The notes beneath the pieces were generated by a model, which was not told the DNA's origin, made no database searches, and saw only the letters and a program-made list of their open reading frames with translations. The translations under genes and the position numbers were made by a program. Shown piece by piece: positions 1 through 9,431 of a stretch of DNA of 64,000 bases. The first letter of the stretch is position 1, and each line of letters starts with the position of its first letter. The DNA is from a bacterium (GTDB taxonomy: Bacteria > Vulcanimicrobiota > JABDET01): NCBI GenBank assembly GCA_021817145.1, contig JAKAVV010000006.1, positions 83,087-147,086 of the forward strand. Direction: 5' to 3'.

Positions 1-2
1 AG

Positions 3-1172
3 CGACGTTTCTTTGTGCGCCATGAGAACCTGCTGCCAGCACTCGACAATGAGTGCCGACTCTATCATTATCCCTACGCTCCTGTGGAGTTCAGACGCTT
101 GGCTCCGATCCTTATTACCAACGGCGGTCAAGCAGACTCCAAGACCGCAGAGGAGACAGGATTCTGGCTTTGCCCTGAATGCGGGAGGCATCAGCCTTAT
201 GATCCAAATGAAATGGAGCCAGCCCACGCCCGCACCAACGATACATGGCGGCAGAACCATTCCCGCATCTGCCAGGGCGAGCCAGAGAAATTTATGCTGT
301 CTTACCGGTTCCAAGCAGATTGCTTGATTCTTACCGTCCCCCACATACAAGATGAAATGCTTATCGGGAAAACCACTCTATCACCTCTGATAGTAACGCT
401 GGCTGAAGCATTGTTAGCCGGCGCGACAAACCTTCTTGAGCTTGAACCCCATGAGCTTGCCGCCTTCCCGAAAAAAACAGTGGGAAGAGAAAATGCTGCG
501 GAAATTGTATTTTATGAAACCGTTCCCGGAGGTGCGGGCTATGTTGAAGAAATGGCAAGGAGACTCCCCGAAGTTGCGGCAAAAGCCCGCAAAAGGCTGT
601 ACGAGCACGAATGCGCCAAAGCCTGCTATATTTGCTTAAAGCACTACAGGAATCAACGCTGGCATCCCTTTTTCGACAAAGATCGGGTACGCGATATTCT
701 GTTAACCCTGGCTAACACGCAGGCCGTCGACCCCGTGCCGATTTCGCCAGGGGCGGGCGCTAAAGCGCTTGGTGAAGCCCTTGAAGCCCGCAAAATTGAG
801 TTCGCCACAGGAAGAGCTCCCGGGCAATCAGGTCCGCAGTCACCGATAGAGGAGCGCCTTTTTCAAGCCCTTCAAAATTTGGATGGCGTTCCGCTCCCAC
901 AGCCGCAATACGAAATTCGAAACGGCGATGTGCTGATCACTGTACCCGATTTCGCTTATCCCGATTTGAAAATAGCAATTTTTTGCGATGGCTACGCGTT
1001 TCACGGAAATTCGGAAACCCTTGAATTGGACGCCAGAAAACGAAACTGGCTTCAGCGTGAAGGGTGGGCAGTCCTCACTTTTTGGGGAAAAACAATTAAT
1101 CACAACTCTGATGTTTGCGCGCGAGAGATTCAGGAAGTGTATCTTGCGAGATCGCGCAGAAAAGTGAGCTGA
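3..1172 (+). CDS. 5'-truncated DEAD/DEAH-type helicase C-terminus: DUF1998 (MrfA-like Zn-binding) plus DUF559/Vsr-like endonuclease domain; probable defence gene
   Basis: Frame is open from base 3. YETVPGGAGY and CAKACYICLKHYRNQRWH are typical DUF1998 motifs; SPIEERLF...PDFAYPDLKIAIFCDGYAFHG is a PD-(D/E)xK Vsr/DUF559-like motif. The helicase core is inferred to lie upstream of the window. Confidence 0.75.
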   Translation, partial: RRFFVRHENLLPALDNECRLYHYPYAPVEFRRLAPILITNGGQADSKTAEETGFWLCPECGRHQPYDPNEMEPAHARTNDTWRQNHSRICQGEPEKFMLSYRFQADCLILTVPHIQDEMLIGKTTLSPLIVTLAEALLAGATNLLELEPHELAAFPKKTVGRENAAEIVFYETVPGGAGYVEEMARRLPEVAAKARKRLYEHECAKACYICLKHYRNQRWHPFFDKDRVRDILLTLANTQAVDPVPISPGAGAKALGEALEARKIEFATGRAPGQSGPQSPIEERLFQALQNLDGVPLPQPQYEIRNGDVLITVPDFAYPDLKIAIFCDGYAFHGNSETLELDARKRNWLQREGWAVLTFWGKTINHNSDVCAREIQEVYLARSRRKVS

Positions 1173-1282
1173 GGCAAAACAAGGGTATTAATTCATGACT
1201 GCCACCTTTTCTAATTATCTTAAAAAAGTGGCAGCTTTGAAATGGAATGACCGGCAACTATGGCGTAGAAGATGTAAGAACA

Positions 1283-1327
1283 ATACAGGCTCTGCCGATG
1301 CAGCACTGGCGGAGAGAGAGGGATTCG
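1283..1327 (-). repeat. Copy 1 of 45-bp direct repeat containing the last 21 nt of tRNA-Ser plus downstream flank (att-like / tRNA-linked repeat)
   Basis: atacaggctctgCcgatgcagcactggcggagagagagggattcg; 1 mismatch to 1459..1503. Confidence 0.9.
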
Positions 1328-1443
1328 CCCTTTCAGTCGCTTCCGTCCTGGTCGCTCCTTCCAGGCTGGGCAATTTCCTTTCAGTCGCATCCTGCTCCTT
1401 ATTCCTCCCTATTCGGTCGGCGGAAATTGCCCGTTCGAATCCC
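1320..1443. repeat. Nested-palindrome insert between the two tRNA 3'-end copies
   Basis: Outer IR gggattcg(1320-1327)/cgaatccc(1436-1443); inner IR gggcaatttcc(1368-1378)/ggaaattgccc(1422-1432); hairpin cctgg/ccagg (1347-1365); DR cctttcagtcgc at 1329 and 1377. Confidence 0.85.
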
Positions 1444-1458
1444 ACGAGTTTAAGAAAG

Positions 1459-1503
1459 ATACAGGCTCTGCGGATGCAGCACTGGCGGAGAGAGAGGGAT
1501 TCG
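1459..1503 (-). repeat. Copy 2 of 45-bp direct repeat (overlaps tRNA-Ser 3' end)
   Basis: atacaggctctgcGgatgcagcactggcggagagagagggattcg; period 176 bp. Confidence 0.9.
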
Positions 1504-1577
1504 AACCCTCGAGAGAGTGTTTTGCACCCCCTACACGATTTCCAGTCGTGCCCATTCGACCACTCTGGCACCTCTCC
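1483..1577 (-). tRNA. tRNA-Ser(GGA)
   Basis: Reverse complement GGAGAGG...CACGA-CTGGAAA-TCGTG, long variable arm, GGTTCGAATCC T-loop, CTCTCC-G-CCA end. Confidence 0.97.
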
Positions 1578-1628
1578 AAAAAAGCCTGTTCTCTTTTTTT
1601 CTCCTTTGTCCTTTGATTTTTCAATCTT

Positions 1629-3308
1629 TTGAAAGGAGTGAAAAGATTGAAACACGAAAAAAGGGGTATGCCTGTAAAAAACGGTTTTAAGGATTTTGTT
1701 TCTCAATATGTTTCCGATACGTTCAAGCTTTCTCCAACGAATGCCACTGCCCTCGGGTTTCCTGGGTATGATGATCTTTTGGAAAGTTTTTCCCTTGATG
1801 CAAGAAAAGAAGCCCAACGAGTTTCTTCTCATTATTCCAGGGAATTAAATCGAATTTCCAAAAAAGATTTGTCTTTTCAAGATTTGATTGATTATTCTTT
1901 AATCCAGGTAGAATTAGCATATCATCAAATTTTTTACGAGGAGACAAAGTCATGGGAAAAAGATCCTGCTTTTTACCCTGAACTGATTTTATCGGCTGCT
2001 TACTATTTAATCGCCCGAGATCACCTCTCTAAAGAAAAAAGAGCGGTCTCCCTTTTGTCCAGGATGAAGCAGTCTCTGCGATTACTCGATGAAGCCAAAG
2101 AAAATCTTAAAAGACCGTCTCTTTATTTTTCAAAGGATTCTTTTGATGTTATTCAAGGAGGGATTCAGTTTTTTACCCAGTTTAATCCTGAAAAATGGGG
2201 AATTTCAAAAAAATTGCTGGGTGAGCTTGAGCAGGCGAAAAAAGCCCTTCTTCAAAAGCTTACAGAATATGAGAAATGGGTGAAGAATACGCTTATTCCA
2301 AGATCAAATGGAGGCTTTTCTGCTGGCCGGGCTGTTTATGAAAAGATTTTAAAAAAGTATCATCTTCTTCCTTATGACGCGGATGATTTGGATGAGATCG
2401 GCAGGGGGAATTTTTCGAGAGTTAAAGCTGAGATAAAAAGGCTTGCTCAAAAGATTGATCCTCATAAAGGCTGGCAGGAGATTTTACTGCAAAACTCTAA
2501 ACATCACCCAACCAGAGAGGGGTTAGTTTCAGCTTATCGGGATTCTGTTGATAAAGTGCGCGCTTTTCTTTTAGAGAAAAAGCTGGTTGGGTTTCCTAAA
2601 AGAGATTTTATGGAAGTGATTGAGACCCCACTCTTTTATCAACCTTTTCTCCCTTTTGCTGGCTATTCTGTTACCCCTCCTTTTCAAAAAACGGGAAATG
2701 GGGAGTTCTGGGTTACTCCTGTTCCATCTGGTCTATCCAAGAAAGAAGAGGAAGCCCGATTAAAAGAGCATGCTTATCATAAGATTCCTGTGATTGCTCT
2801 TCATGAAACTTATCCAGGGCATCATTTGCAGTTTTCATTTTTACGAGAGATCCCTTCCTCTTTAGTGAAGCGATCCGGCTCTTCTGTTTCGTGCGAGGGA
2901 TGGGCATTTTACTGCGAAGAAATGATGAAAGAAGAAGGATATTATGAGTCTCCATTGATCGAGCTTTCTCAAAAAAGAGATGAATTGTGGAGAATTGCCA
3001 GGGTTATTCTGGATGTTGGACTTCATGTAAAAAAAATGAAACCTGAGAAAGCGGTTTCTTTTTTGGCTGCGCAGGTAGGATTTCCAGAAGCCATGGCATG
3101 GGGGGAGATCAAAAGGTATATGAGGGATCCGGGGCAGCCTATCTCTTATTTTATTGGGAAGCACGAAATTCTTAAACTTCGTGAAAAGTACCGCAGGAAA
3201 GCAAAAGAAAAATTCAAATTGAAAGATTTTCATGATGCCTTTCTTCGGACAGGAGTTGTGCCGATAAGATTGGCAGAAAAATGCTTGCTCAACTCATCCG
3301 AAAGATGA
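1629..3308 (+). CDS. DUF885 family protein (metallopeptidase-like)
   Basis: HETYPGHHLQ, EGWAFYCE, RIARVILDVGLH, PGQPISYFIGK motifs; true start probably 1647 or 1668. Confidence 0.85.
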   Translation: MKGVKRLKHEKRGMPVKNGFKDFVSQYVSDTFKLSPTNATALGFPGYDDLLESFSLDARKEAQRVSSHYSRELNRISKKDLSFQDLIDYSLIQVELAYHQIFYEETKSWEKDPAFYPELILSAAYYLIARDHLSKEKRAVSLLSRMKQSLRLLDEAKENLKRPSLYFSKDSFDVIQGGIQFFTQFNPEKWGISKKLLGELEQAKKALLQKLTEYEKWVKNTLIPRSNGGFSAGRAVYEKILKKYHLLPYDADDLDEIGRGNFSRVKAEIKRLAQKIDPHKGWQEILLQNSKHHPTREGLVSAYRDSVDKVRAFLLEKKLVGFPKRDFMEVIETPLFYQPFLPFAGYSVTPPFQKTGNGEFWVTPVPSGLSKKEEEARLKEHAYHKIPVIALHETYPGHHLQFSFLREIPSSLVKRSGSSVSCEGWAFYCEEMMKEEGYYESPLIELSQKRDELWRIARVILDVGLHVKKMKPEKAVSFLAAQVGFPEAMAWGEIKRYMRDPGQPISYFIGKHEILKLREKYRRKAKEKFKLKDFHDAFLRTGVVPIRLAEKCLLNSSER

Positions 3309-5086
3309 AAAAAGATACTGAGGATCGTAGTCAGAGAGTTGTTTTTAGAAGTTTTTTAATTTTATTTTCGATTTTGCTTTTTATTAAACCCGCATGGAGC
3401 ACAGTGACTGTGTTTTCCAGAAGCGGGAATGTCTGGCTTGGAAACAAGCTGGTTTTAAGAACTCGCTCCAGCGGTAATGGAACCATTGTTGCGCAGCGTT
3501 TAAAACAGATTCTCTTGTATGGAATTACTGCTCCTCAAATTTGGATTGATAAATCGGGAAGAGATTATGTCCTTTATGCGAAAACAATCCCTGTGATTAG
3601 GGCTACTCTTCAAAGGGCTCGCTTAAATCACACTTCCCCTTTTTGGCTCGCCAGGATTTGGGCATCTCGGTTGAAATCAGCCCTTCTCTATGGATCGTAT
3701 TTAATTACACCTGAGACTTTTGTGGTTCCTTACAAAGATGACAAACAGCTTCCTGTGATGGGGCATTATTCGGGAAAGCTTTCTATACGAATAAGAAATA
3801 CTCAGGTTGTCCGCCTTGAAAATAAGGGCTTCCCTTACGTTTTAAAAGGCTTAAATCCAGGCAGAACCGAAATAAAAATCTCGGCAAACCATCTCGCAGC
3901 TTTCACGAATGTTTACGTGAAAGAATGGGCGGGATTTATTCCTGGGAAAATATCTTTGAGTCTGACAGGGAAAGAGATCCCAAGAGAATACCTGGAAAAA
4001 AAAGTTTTAAAACAGATTAATCGCTTAATTCCTCGGAAATCGGATACTCGATTAAGCTTGAGCCTTCCGAAAGCTCTTATCCCTGATCTTTTGAACTCTG
4101 GAGAAACTTCGGTGTTTCCAGTTAAGGCTTTTATACAGGGGCAGGGTTATCTGCCTGTAAAAGGAATGTTGAATTTTCAGATCAAAGATTATCCTTTTAC
4201 TCCTTTTCCTGCTGTTAATTTATTGGTGAGCAATAATCCCGAAGGATTTAGCGGTTCAGGTATTCTATTTAAAAAATCTTTTGAAACAGGTCCTGCTCGA
4301 TTCTTTTTCCATCATCAAAACAAAGGGGACCATTTGTATCGTTTTGATTTTTTAATAAAAAATCGCATGGAAAAACCAGTTAAAATTCAGGTTTTAGGAG
4401 GAGGAGCTGGACCTGCTTTCAGTGAAATTAATGTTGGTGAAAAAGCAGTTTATCGGTTTTTTTCCTCCTATATCAATGGATTGGGAGTAATCAGGAAATT
4501 GAACCCTGGTGAAACAATGGTGCTCTATACAAGAGTGGTTCCGCCTAAAGAATCGGTTTCAGGTATTTATCAAATAACTCCCTTTAATCACAATGTGGAT
4601 TTGCAGGTAGAAACACGGATTCAATATAATGGAAAATTAAATAATAAAATGCTTCCCCGTGAAGTGAAAGCGAAGAAGCCAAGAGGAATTTTTCCTAATC
4701 CAACGATTTACATAAAAGCCCGTTATATCATTGGGAAACATTATGCTTTTATTCATGTTGGCAAACGGTTAAGCTTGATGGATCCGGATTCCAGGAAGCC
4801 TGATTTTGGAGATTACGGCGCTTTTTATAAGATTAGAATTTCCATTTTTAACCCTTTCCCAGCGCTGAAGAAGGCGCAAGTTATGTTCTCCCCTGAAGGT
4901 GGTCCTGCGCGCGGCGTGTTTATTCTTGATCATAAGATATTAAAGCAGACTCCGATTGTTCAGCCATTTAATTCCTATCCTTTAATAACCATAAAAGTTA
5001 AGCCTCTGCAGAAAAAAGTAGTGGACGTGGAGACCATTCCAGAAGGAGGTTCTTCTTATCCTGTTGATCTGGTGGCTCAGCCATGA
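3281..5086 (+). CDS. Hypothetical exported/membrane-anchored protein, 601 aa
   Basis: Long ORF, N-terminal hydrophobic segment (FLILFSILLFIKPAWS), beta-rich body; overlaps next gene (ATGA). Confidence 0.7.
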   Translation: MLAQLIRKMKKDTEDRSQRVVFRSFLILFSILLFIKPAWSTVTVFSRSGNVWLGNKLVLRTRSSGNGTIVAQRLKQILLYGITAPQIWIDKSGRDYVLYAKTIPVIRATLQRARLNHTSPFWLARIWASRLKSALLYGSYLITPETFVVPYKDDKQLPVMGHYSGKLSIRIRNTQVVRLENKGFPYVLKGLNPGRTEIKISANHLAAFTNVYVKEWAGFIPGKISLSLTGKEIPREYLEKKVLKQINRLIPRKSDTRLSLSLPKALIPDLLNSGETSVFPVKAFIQGQGYLPVKGMLNFQIKDYPFTPFPAVNLLVSNNPEGFSGSGILFKKSFETGPARFFFHHQNKGDHLYRFDFLIKNRMEKPVKIQVLGGGAGPAFSEINVGEKAVYRFFSSYINGLGVIRKLNPGETMVLYTRVVPPKESVSGIYQITPFNHNVDLQVETRIQYNGKLNNKMLPREVKAKKPRGIFPNPTIYIKARYIIGKHYAFIHVGKRLSLMDPDSRKPDFGDYGAFYKIRISIFNPFPALKKAQVMFSPEGGPARGVFILDHKILKQTPIVQPFNSYPLITIKVKPLQKKVVDVETIPEGGSSYPVDLVAQP

Positions 5087-5595
5087 AACCGAGACTGAAA
5101 ATGAAGCTTTCTCGAAGAGGGATTACGATTCCTGAATTTGCTTTAGTTGCTGTGGTCTTTTTTGTATTGAGTTTGCTGGCTTTCCCTATGTACACCATCT
5201 ACGTGAATGCTCAGAGGAGAAAAGTCGCCATCCATGATATGAAAAAGATTGAAATGGCGATTCAGAGATTATATGAGGACACAGGCGCTTATCCACCAGG
5301 AGTTAAATTGGGCAGCGATCCAGATTTAGTGCACAACGAGGATAATATTCCAGATTGGCAGGGGCCTTATTTAAAACATTGGGTTCATGGACCTCCGGGT
5401 TGGACAGCTCCAGGAGCTCAAGGAGCTTATCAGTATCGGAACTTTTTTTATCACGGGTATCATATTGTTGTTTTGTGGTGTTATGGCCCAAATCTGACCC
5501 CTGAAGCCGATATTACAAAAGGACCCCCTGAAAAAGGGCATCCAGTGAACTGGGGGGATAATATTGTGAAGTATATTTTATACACTCGATATTAA
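5083..5595 (+). CDS. GspG-like pseudopilin / type IV pilin
   Basis: RRG|ITIPE prepilin site, hydrophobic helix, YEDTGAYP and WQGPYLK motifs. Confidence 0.8.
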   Translation: MKPRLKMKLSRRGITIPEFALVAVVFFVLSLLAFPMYTIYVNAQRRKVAIHDMKKIEMAIQRLYEDTGAYPPGVKLGSDPDLVHNEDNIPDWQGPYLKHWVHGPPGWTAPGAQGAYQYRNFFYHGYHIVVLWCYGPNLTPEADITKGPPEKGHPVNWGDNIVKYILYTRY

Positions 5596-5596
5596 T

Positions 5597-6739
5597 TCAA
5601 CTCTGCATTAAGGACAAGTACAGCTTTTCCAGTTTTTTAGCCATGAATGAATAGTGAAATTCTCTGCTCGTTTCTTTTGCTTCTTGACTCAGCTTTTCTC
5701 GCGCTGTATCATGGGTTAAGAGTTGAATAAAAGCTCTTGAAAAAGAATCTCTGTTTTCATCAGCGAGTATTCCGTTTTTTTTATGGGTGATAATCTCTTC
5801 TGACCAGGTAGATCGGAGCGCCAGAAGAGGAACCCCGGCTGCCATTGCCTCGAGTATAGATAAGGGGTTAACCTCTGATTTAGAAGCTGTTACAAAAATT
5901 TTTGACAGGGATAGGTAATCAGGCACCTGTTCATAAGGAATCATCCCTGTGAAGATAACGGATCGAGCCAGCCCTAATTTTTGCGCTTCTTGTTCCAGTT
6001 CAGCGCGAGAAACCCCGTCTCCTATTACCATCAGGCAGGCTTCAGAAATTTCTTGAACAACTGAAACGAAAGATTCTAAAAGGAAAGAAAGGTTTTTTTC
6101 AGGAGCCAGTCTTCCAATAAAAACGGAAACTTTCCTCCCCTCTAAATGATATTTTTCAAGGACTGATTTCCCGTCTTTCTTTTGAAATTGGGAGAGCGAA
6201 ATAGCATTTGGGATGACCTGGCATTTATCCTGAATCCCATACTGCAAGATCAGTTCCTTTATAGAAGGGGTGGGTGCAATAATGGCATCGCTTTTTTTTA
6301 AAAAATGAAGAATTTTGTTCTTGATAAAAGATTTAGATATAAATTGAGGGATTCCAAAGGGGGTGTAATGCAGATAGTCATCATATCGGGTATGAAAAGT
6401 GAAAACAAGAGGGATCTTTTGCTTATGAGCTAATCTGGCTCCTGTTTCTCCCAGTAAAAAGGGGTGCTGAGTATGAACCAGATCTAGATTCAGATTTTGA
6501 ATCTTTTTGTCAAGGGCAGGTTGAAAAGGAATGGCAAGAGGAAATTTTGCTGCAGGACCAAGAGCAATGGATGGATATCGAATAACGCATGGATCGCATT
6601 CCTTGAATCCAGGATACCCAGCTGTAATCACATAAGTTTCATGCCCTAATTCTTTTAATCCTAACCTCATAAAATCAATCGCTTTTACAACACCACTGAC
6701 CATGGGGTGATAGGAGTTTGAAAAAAAGCCTATTTTCAT
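5597..6739 (-). CDS. Glycosyltransferase family 4 (diacylglycerol glucosyltransferase-like)
   Basis: YHPMVSGV, HTQHPF, FIGRLAPEKN, SEVNPLSILEAMAAG. Confidence 0.9.
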   Translation of the reverse strand: MKIGFFSNSYHPMVSGVVKAIDFMRLGLKELGHETYVITAGYPGFKECDPCVIRYPSIALGPAAKFPLAIPFQPALDKKIQNLNLDLVHTQHPFLLGETGARLAHKQKIPLVFTFHTRYDDYLHYTPFGIPQFISKSFIKNKILHFLKKSDAIIAPTPSIKELILQYGIQDKCQVIPNAISLSQFQKKDGKSVLEKYHLEGRKVSVFIGRLAPEKNLSFLLESFVSVVQEISEACLMVIGDGVSRAELEQEAQKLGLARSVIFTGMIPYEQVPDYLSLSKIFVTASKSEVNPLSILEAMAAGVPLLALRSTWSEEIITHKKNGILADENRDSFSRAFIQLLTHDTAREKLSQEAKETSREFHYSFMAKKLEKLYLSLMQS

Positions 6740-6875
6740 CTTTTATCCACAAGGAGTTAAGGGACTGAATTGGAATGAAAGAAGCGGGATTTCATGATTG
6801 GTTTTTCCATATCGTGAAAAGATAATCCTTTTAAGACTCATGGGAGCATTAAAAGGGAAAATGGGGGATTAAGGG

Positions 6876-7058
6876 TTGGATACGTTTACCTTGTTAAAAT
6901 TACGTTTAGAAAACGAACGCTCTGTAAAAGCAAAAAGCCTGCCGCGATATGAGAATCCTGTTGAACAGGAACTTATGGAACGAGAGCTTGAACTTCTGGA
7001 GGCTCAAATTGGGTGGATTATGAAGATTCAAGAAAACAGCCCCTCTCTTCAGATTTGA
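6876..7058 (+). CDS. Small hypothetical protein (60 aa)
   Basis: TTG start after purine-rich SD-like run; fills the intergenic gap; helical composition. Confidence 0.4.
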   Translation: MDTFTLLKLRLENERSVKAKSLPRYENPVEQELMERELELLEAQIGWIMKIQENSPSLQI

Positions 7059-7108
7059 TTCACTTTCTTGAAGAGAGAGGCTGTGATTACCCTGTTCTGT
7101 TCACTTCT

Positions 7109-7489
7109 TTAGTGAATTGGGATTCTTTTAGGCTGCACCTTTTCTGATTTAGGGATGGTGAGAGTTAAAACTCCGTTTTCGTATTTGGCATTGATCTTTT
7201 CTTTCTCCAGATCGCCAGACAGCATAAAGGTTCTCGTATAATCACAGGTTTCTATTTCTTTGACTAAAGGTGTCCAGTTTTTAGGAGTATCCTGGCGATT
7301 TTGCCTTTTTCCTGTAATCGTTAATTCATCTCCGCGGACTTCCAGCTCAAGATCTCCTTTTTCAAGCCCTGGCATTTCAGCTTCTAAAATCACCTCTTTG
7401 TCTGTTTCTCTAATATTCACGTAAGGAGTCGCAAATCGAACTGGTTTTTGCGTATTGACTTTATTTTGGTCTTTTACAGCTAGCAGCAT
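7109..7489 (-). CDS. Hsp20/alpha-crystallin small heat-shock protein
   Basis: EAEMPGL, AKYENGVLTLTIPK. Confidence 0.93.
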   Translation of the reverse strand: MLLAVKDQNKVNTQKPVRFATPYVNIRETDKEVILEAEMPGLEKGDLELEVRGDELTITGKRQNRQDTPKNWTPLVKEIETCDYTRTFMLSGDLEKEKINAKYENGVLTLTIPKSEKVQPKRIPIH

Positions 7490-7513
7490 AATTTTATCTC
7501 CTCCTTTCCAGAA

Positions 7514-7990
7514 TTACTGCACGTTGACATTAATTTGTTTAGGTTTAGCTTCTTCTTTTTTAGGAAGCATAATTTCTAAAACCCCATTTTTATAATTGGC
7601 TTTCACTTGAGCTGCATCAACAGGTGAGGACAGAGTAAAAGCTCTGTGAAATGAGCCGTAAAATCTCTCTGTTCTGACATAATCTTCTTCTTTTGTCTCC
7701 TGGTCATTCTTCTTTTCTCCTCTCAGGATTAAAGTGTTGTCGTGAAGAGTTACCTCGATATCTTCTTTTTTCATTCCAGGAAGATCTGCTTTCACAATGA
7801 TCTGATCTTTGGTATCATAGATGTCAATAGCCGGACTCCACATTCCCTCTAAAAGTCCTGCGCTTTTTCCTGAAAATGCGGGAAGAGATAAGTTGAAAAG
7901 ATGATTCATTTCATCTTGAAGTTTTCCTATGGTTTGGAATGGGTCCATCCAGGTTTCTGTTTCTCTCCATGGCGCTAACTCATATTTCAT
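7514..7990 (-). CDS. Hsp20/alpha-crystallin small heat-shock protein
   Basis: WSPAIDIYD, ADLPGM, ERFYGSFHRAF, ANYKNGVLEIMLPK. Confidence 0.95.
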   Translation of the reverse strand: MKYELAPWRETETWMDPFQTIGKLQDEMNHLFNLSLPAFSGKSAGLLEGMWSPAIDIYDTKDQIIVKADLPGMKKEDIEVTLHDNTLILRGEKKNDQETKEEDYVRTERFYGSFHRAFTLSSPVDAAQVKANYKNGVLEIMLPKKEEAKPKQINVNVQ

Positions 7991-8189
7991 GATAAACTCC
8001 TCCTTTTTTTACTTTTTGTGTCCGGACACTTCTATTCTCTAAACTTATTATACCTAAAAACAAAAAAAATTAAACGGGTTTTTAAAAAAAATCCTTCCCA
8101 AATTAAACCCTGTTTTTATTAAATTCGAGAGTGGAAAGGGGGGCTGAGTTTTACAGGAGAACCCTTTGAATCAGTGAAATAGTGGGAAG

Positions 8190-9431
8190 ATGAATGCTCT
8201 TATCCTGGGAGACCGAAATGCGCAGAGGATTTTTTGGGGGCAGCTTATTTCTCAATCCTGTGATATGGTCATGTCAGTTGGAATTCTCTGGGTGCTTACA
8301 GTGCAGTTCAGCCCAAGATGGATCCCATGGTTTATTGGGATCGGAGCTGTCCCCCATCTTTTTCTATCCACTTATTCAGGAAAATGGATAAAAAAACATG
8401 GCGCTCTGCGAACCGTCACTGCAGCTGATGCTTTTCGCGGTCTCCTTTTCCTTGCTGTGGGATGGGGTATTCTTTATGTTCGAACCAGTTTTAAACTGCT
8501 GATGATTCTTCTTGCTTCTACTTTTGTGTCCAATACAGCAGGAGCCTTGTTTAATCCAGCGATTTTAAGCCTGCCTGTGGAGATGATGCCTCCTGGATTG
8601 AAAAGAGATAAGCTGACCGCCCTCCTGGATTCCTGTTTTTCATTTGGGAGTGTTTTGGGTCCGCTGGTCTCTGCTCTTGTTTATTCTGCTGTCGGCCTGG
8701 GAGGGCTTTTGATCGTGAATGGGATAAGCTACTTTTTCTCTGCTTTCCTTGCTTCAGGAGTTAAACTCAGTAAACGTATTGGAGAAGTTACTCCTGAATC
8801 TTTGGATGGGGGTGGTTCTTCAGCCTCTGAATCTGGATCAAGACCTAAATCTACTTTGCAAGTGCTGAAAAGCGAACCTGTTATTTTTGGAATGTTAGGA
8901 CGCTTTCTTCTCATCAATCTTTTTTTGGCCCCAATTATGGTCTTTATGCCGTGGTATGTTAAAAATGTTTACAAGATCGGGATCGCGGGACTGGCAGCCC
9001 TCGAAGTTTGTATTGGGCTTGGAACTCTGGCAGGGAGTCTTTTGCTTTCATTCACCCCTTTTCCCGGGTTCTCTGCATGGAAGAAGATTATGACTTCGGT
9101 ATGTGTGGCAGGATTAGCCTATCTTGCTTTCAGTTTTTCGAAGGGGCTTGTTTTTGGCTCTCTGTCAGTTGGAATTCTGGGTTTTTGTCTAGGGCTTGTC
9201 AATGTCATGATCTTAACTTTTTTCCAAAACAGCCCACAGCCTCAGGACGTGCCAGTTATTATGGGTGTGGTGAATTTAATCGGTGTGGCTTCTCTCCCTA
9301 TTTCAATGGGAATAGCAGGGGCGGTTATTGAATATGTCCCTGTGAAAAGTTTAGCGATTTCGTGCGCAGTGATCATGATTGCAGTCGCAGTTTCTTTTGG
9401 ATTCATTCCAGGAATCAGGAGGATTGCATGA
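8190..9431 (+). CDS. MFS transporter (DHA3/macrolide-efflux-like)
   Basis: About 12 hydrophobic segments; ADAFRG and FNPA motifs. Confidence 0.88.
   Translation: MNALILGDRNAQRIFWGQLISQSCDMVMSVGILWVLTVQFSPRWIPWFIGIGAVPHLFLSTYSGKWIKKHGALRTVTAADAFRGLLFLAVGWGILYVRTSFKLLMILLASTFVSNTAGALFNPAILSLPVEMMPPGLKRDKLTALLDSCFSFGSVLGPLVSALVYSAVGLGGLLIVNGISYFFSAFLASGVKLSKRIGEVTPESLDGGGSSASESGSRPKSTLQVLKSEPVIFGMLGRFLLINLFLAPIMVFMPWYVKNVYKIGIAGLAALEVCIGLGTLAGSLLLSFTPFPGFSAWKKIMTSVCVAGLAYLAFSFSKGLVFGSLSVGILGFCLGLVNVMILTFFQNSPQPQDVPVIMGVVNLIGVASLPISMGIAGAVIEYVPVKSLAISCAVIMIAVAVSFGFIPGIRRIA

Noticed and set aside
1261-1270. tggcgtagaa as a third tRNA 3'-end remnant
   Set aside because: Too short and degenerate to support
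1283-1503. CRISPR interpretation of the 45-bp repeats
   Set aside because: Only two copies, derived from tRNA, with a 131-bp interval and no cas genes
1195-1832. ORF-track entries overlapping the tRNA and its repeats
   Set aside because: Shadow frames of tRNA-Ser and the duplicated unit
6743-6751. Perfect DnaA box TTATCCACA
   Set aside because: Single copy with no dnaA/dnaN or box cluster; expected by chance in 64 kb of AT-rich DNA
8018-8029. 12-bp palindrome gtgtccggacac upstream of the Hsp20 pair
   Set aside because: Does not match CIRCE (TTAGCACTC-N9-GAGTGCTAA) or another operator I recognise; a lone occurrence
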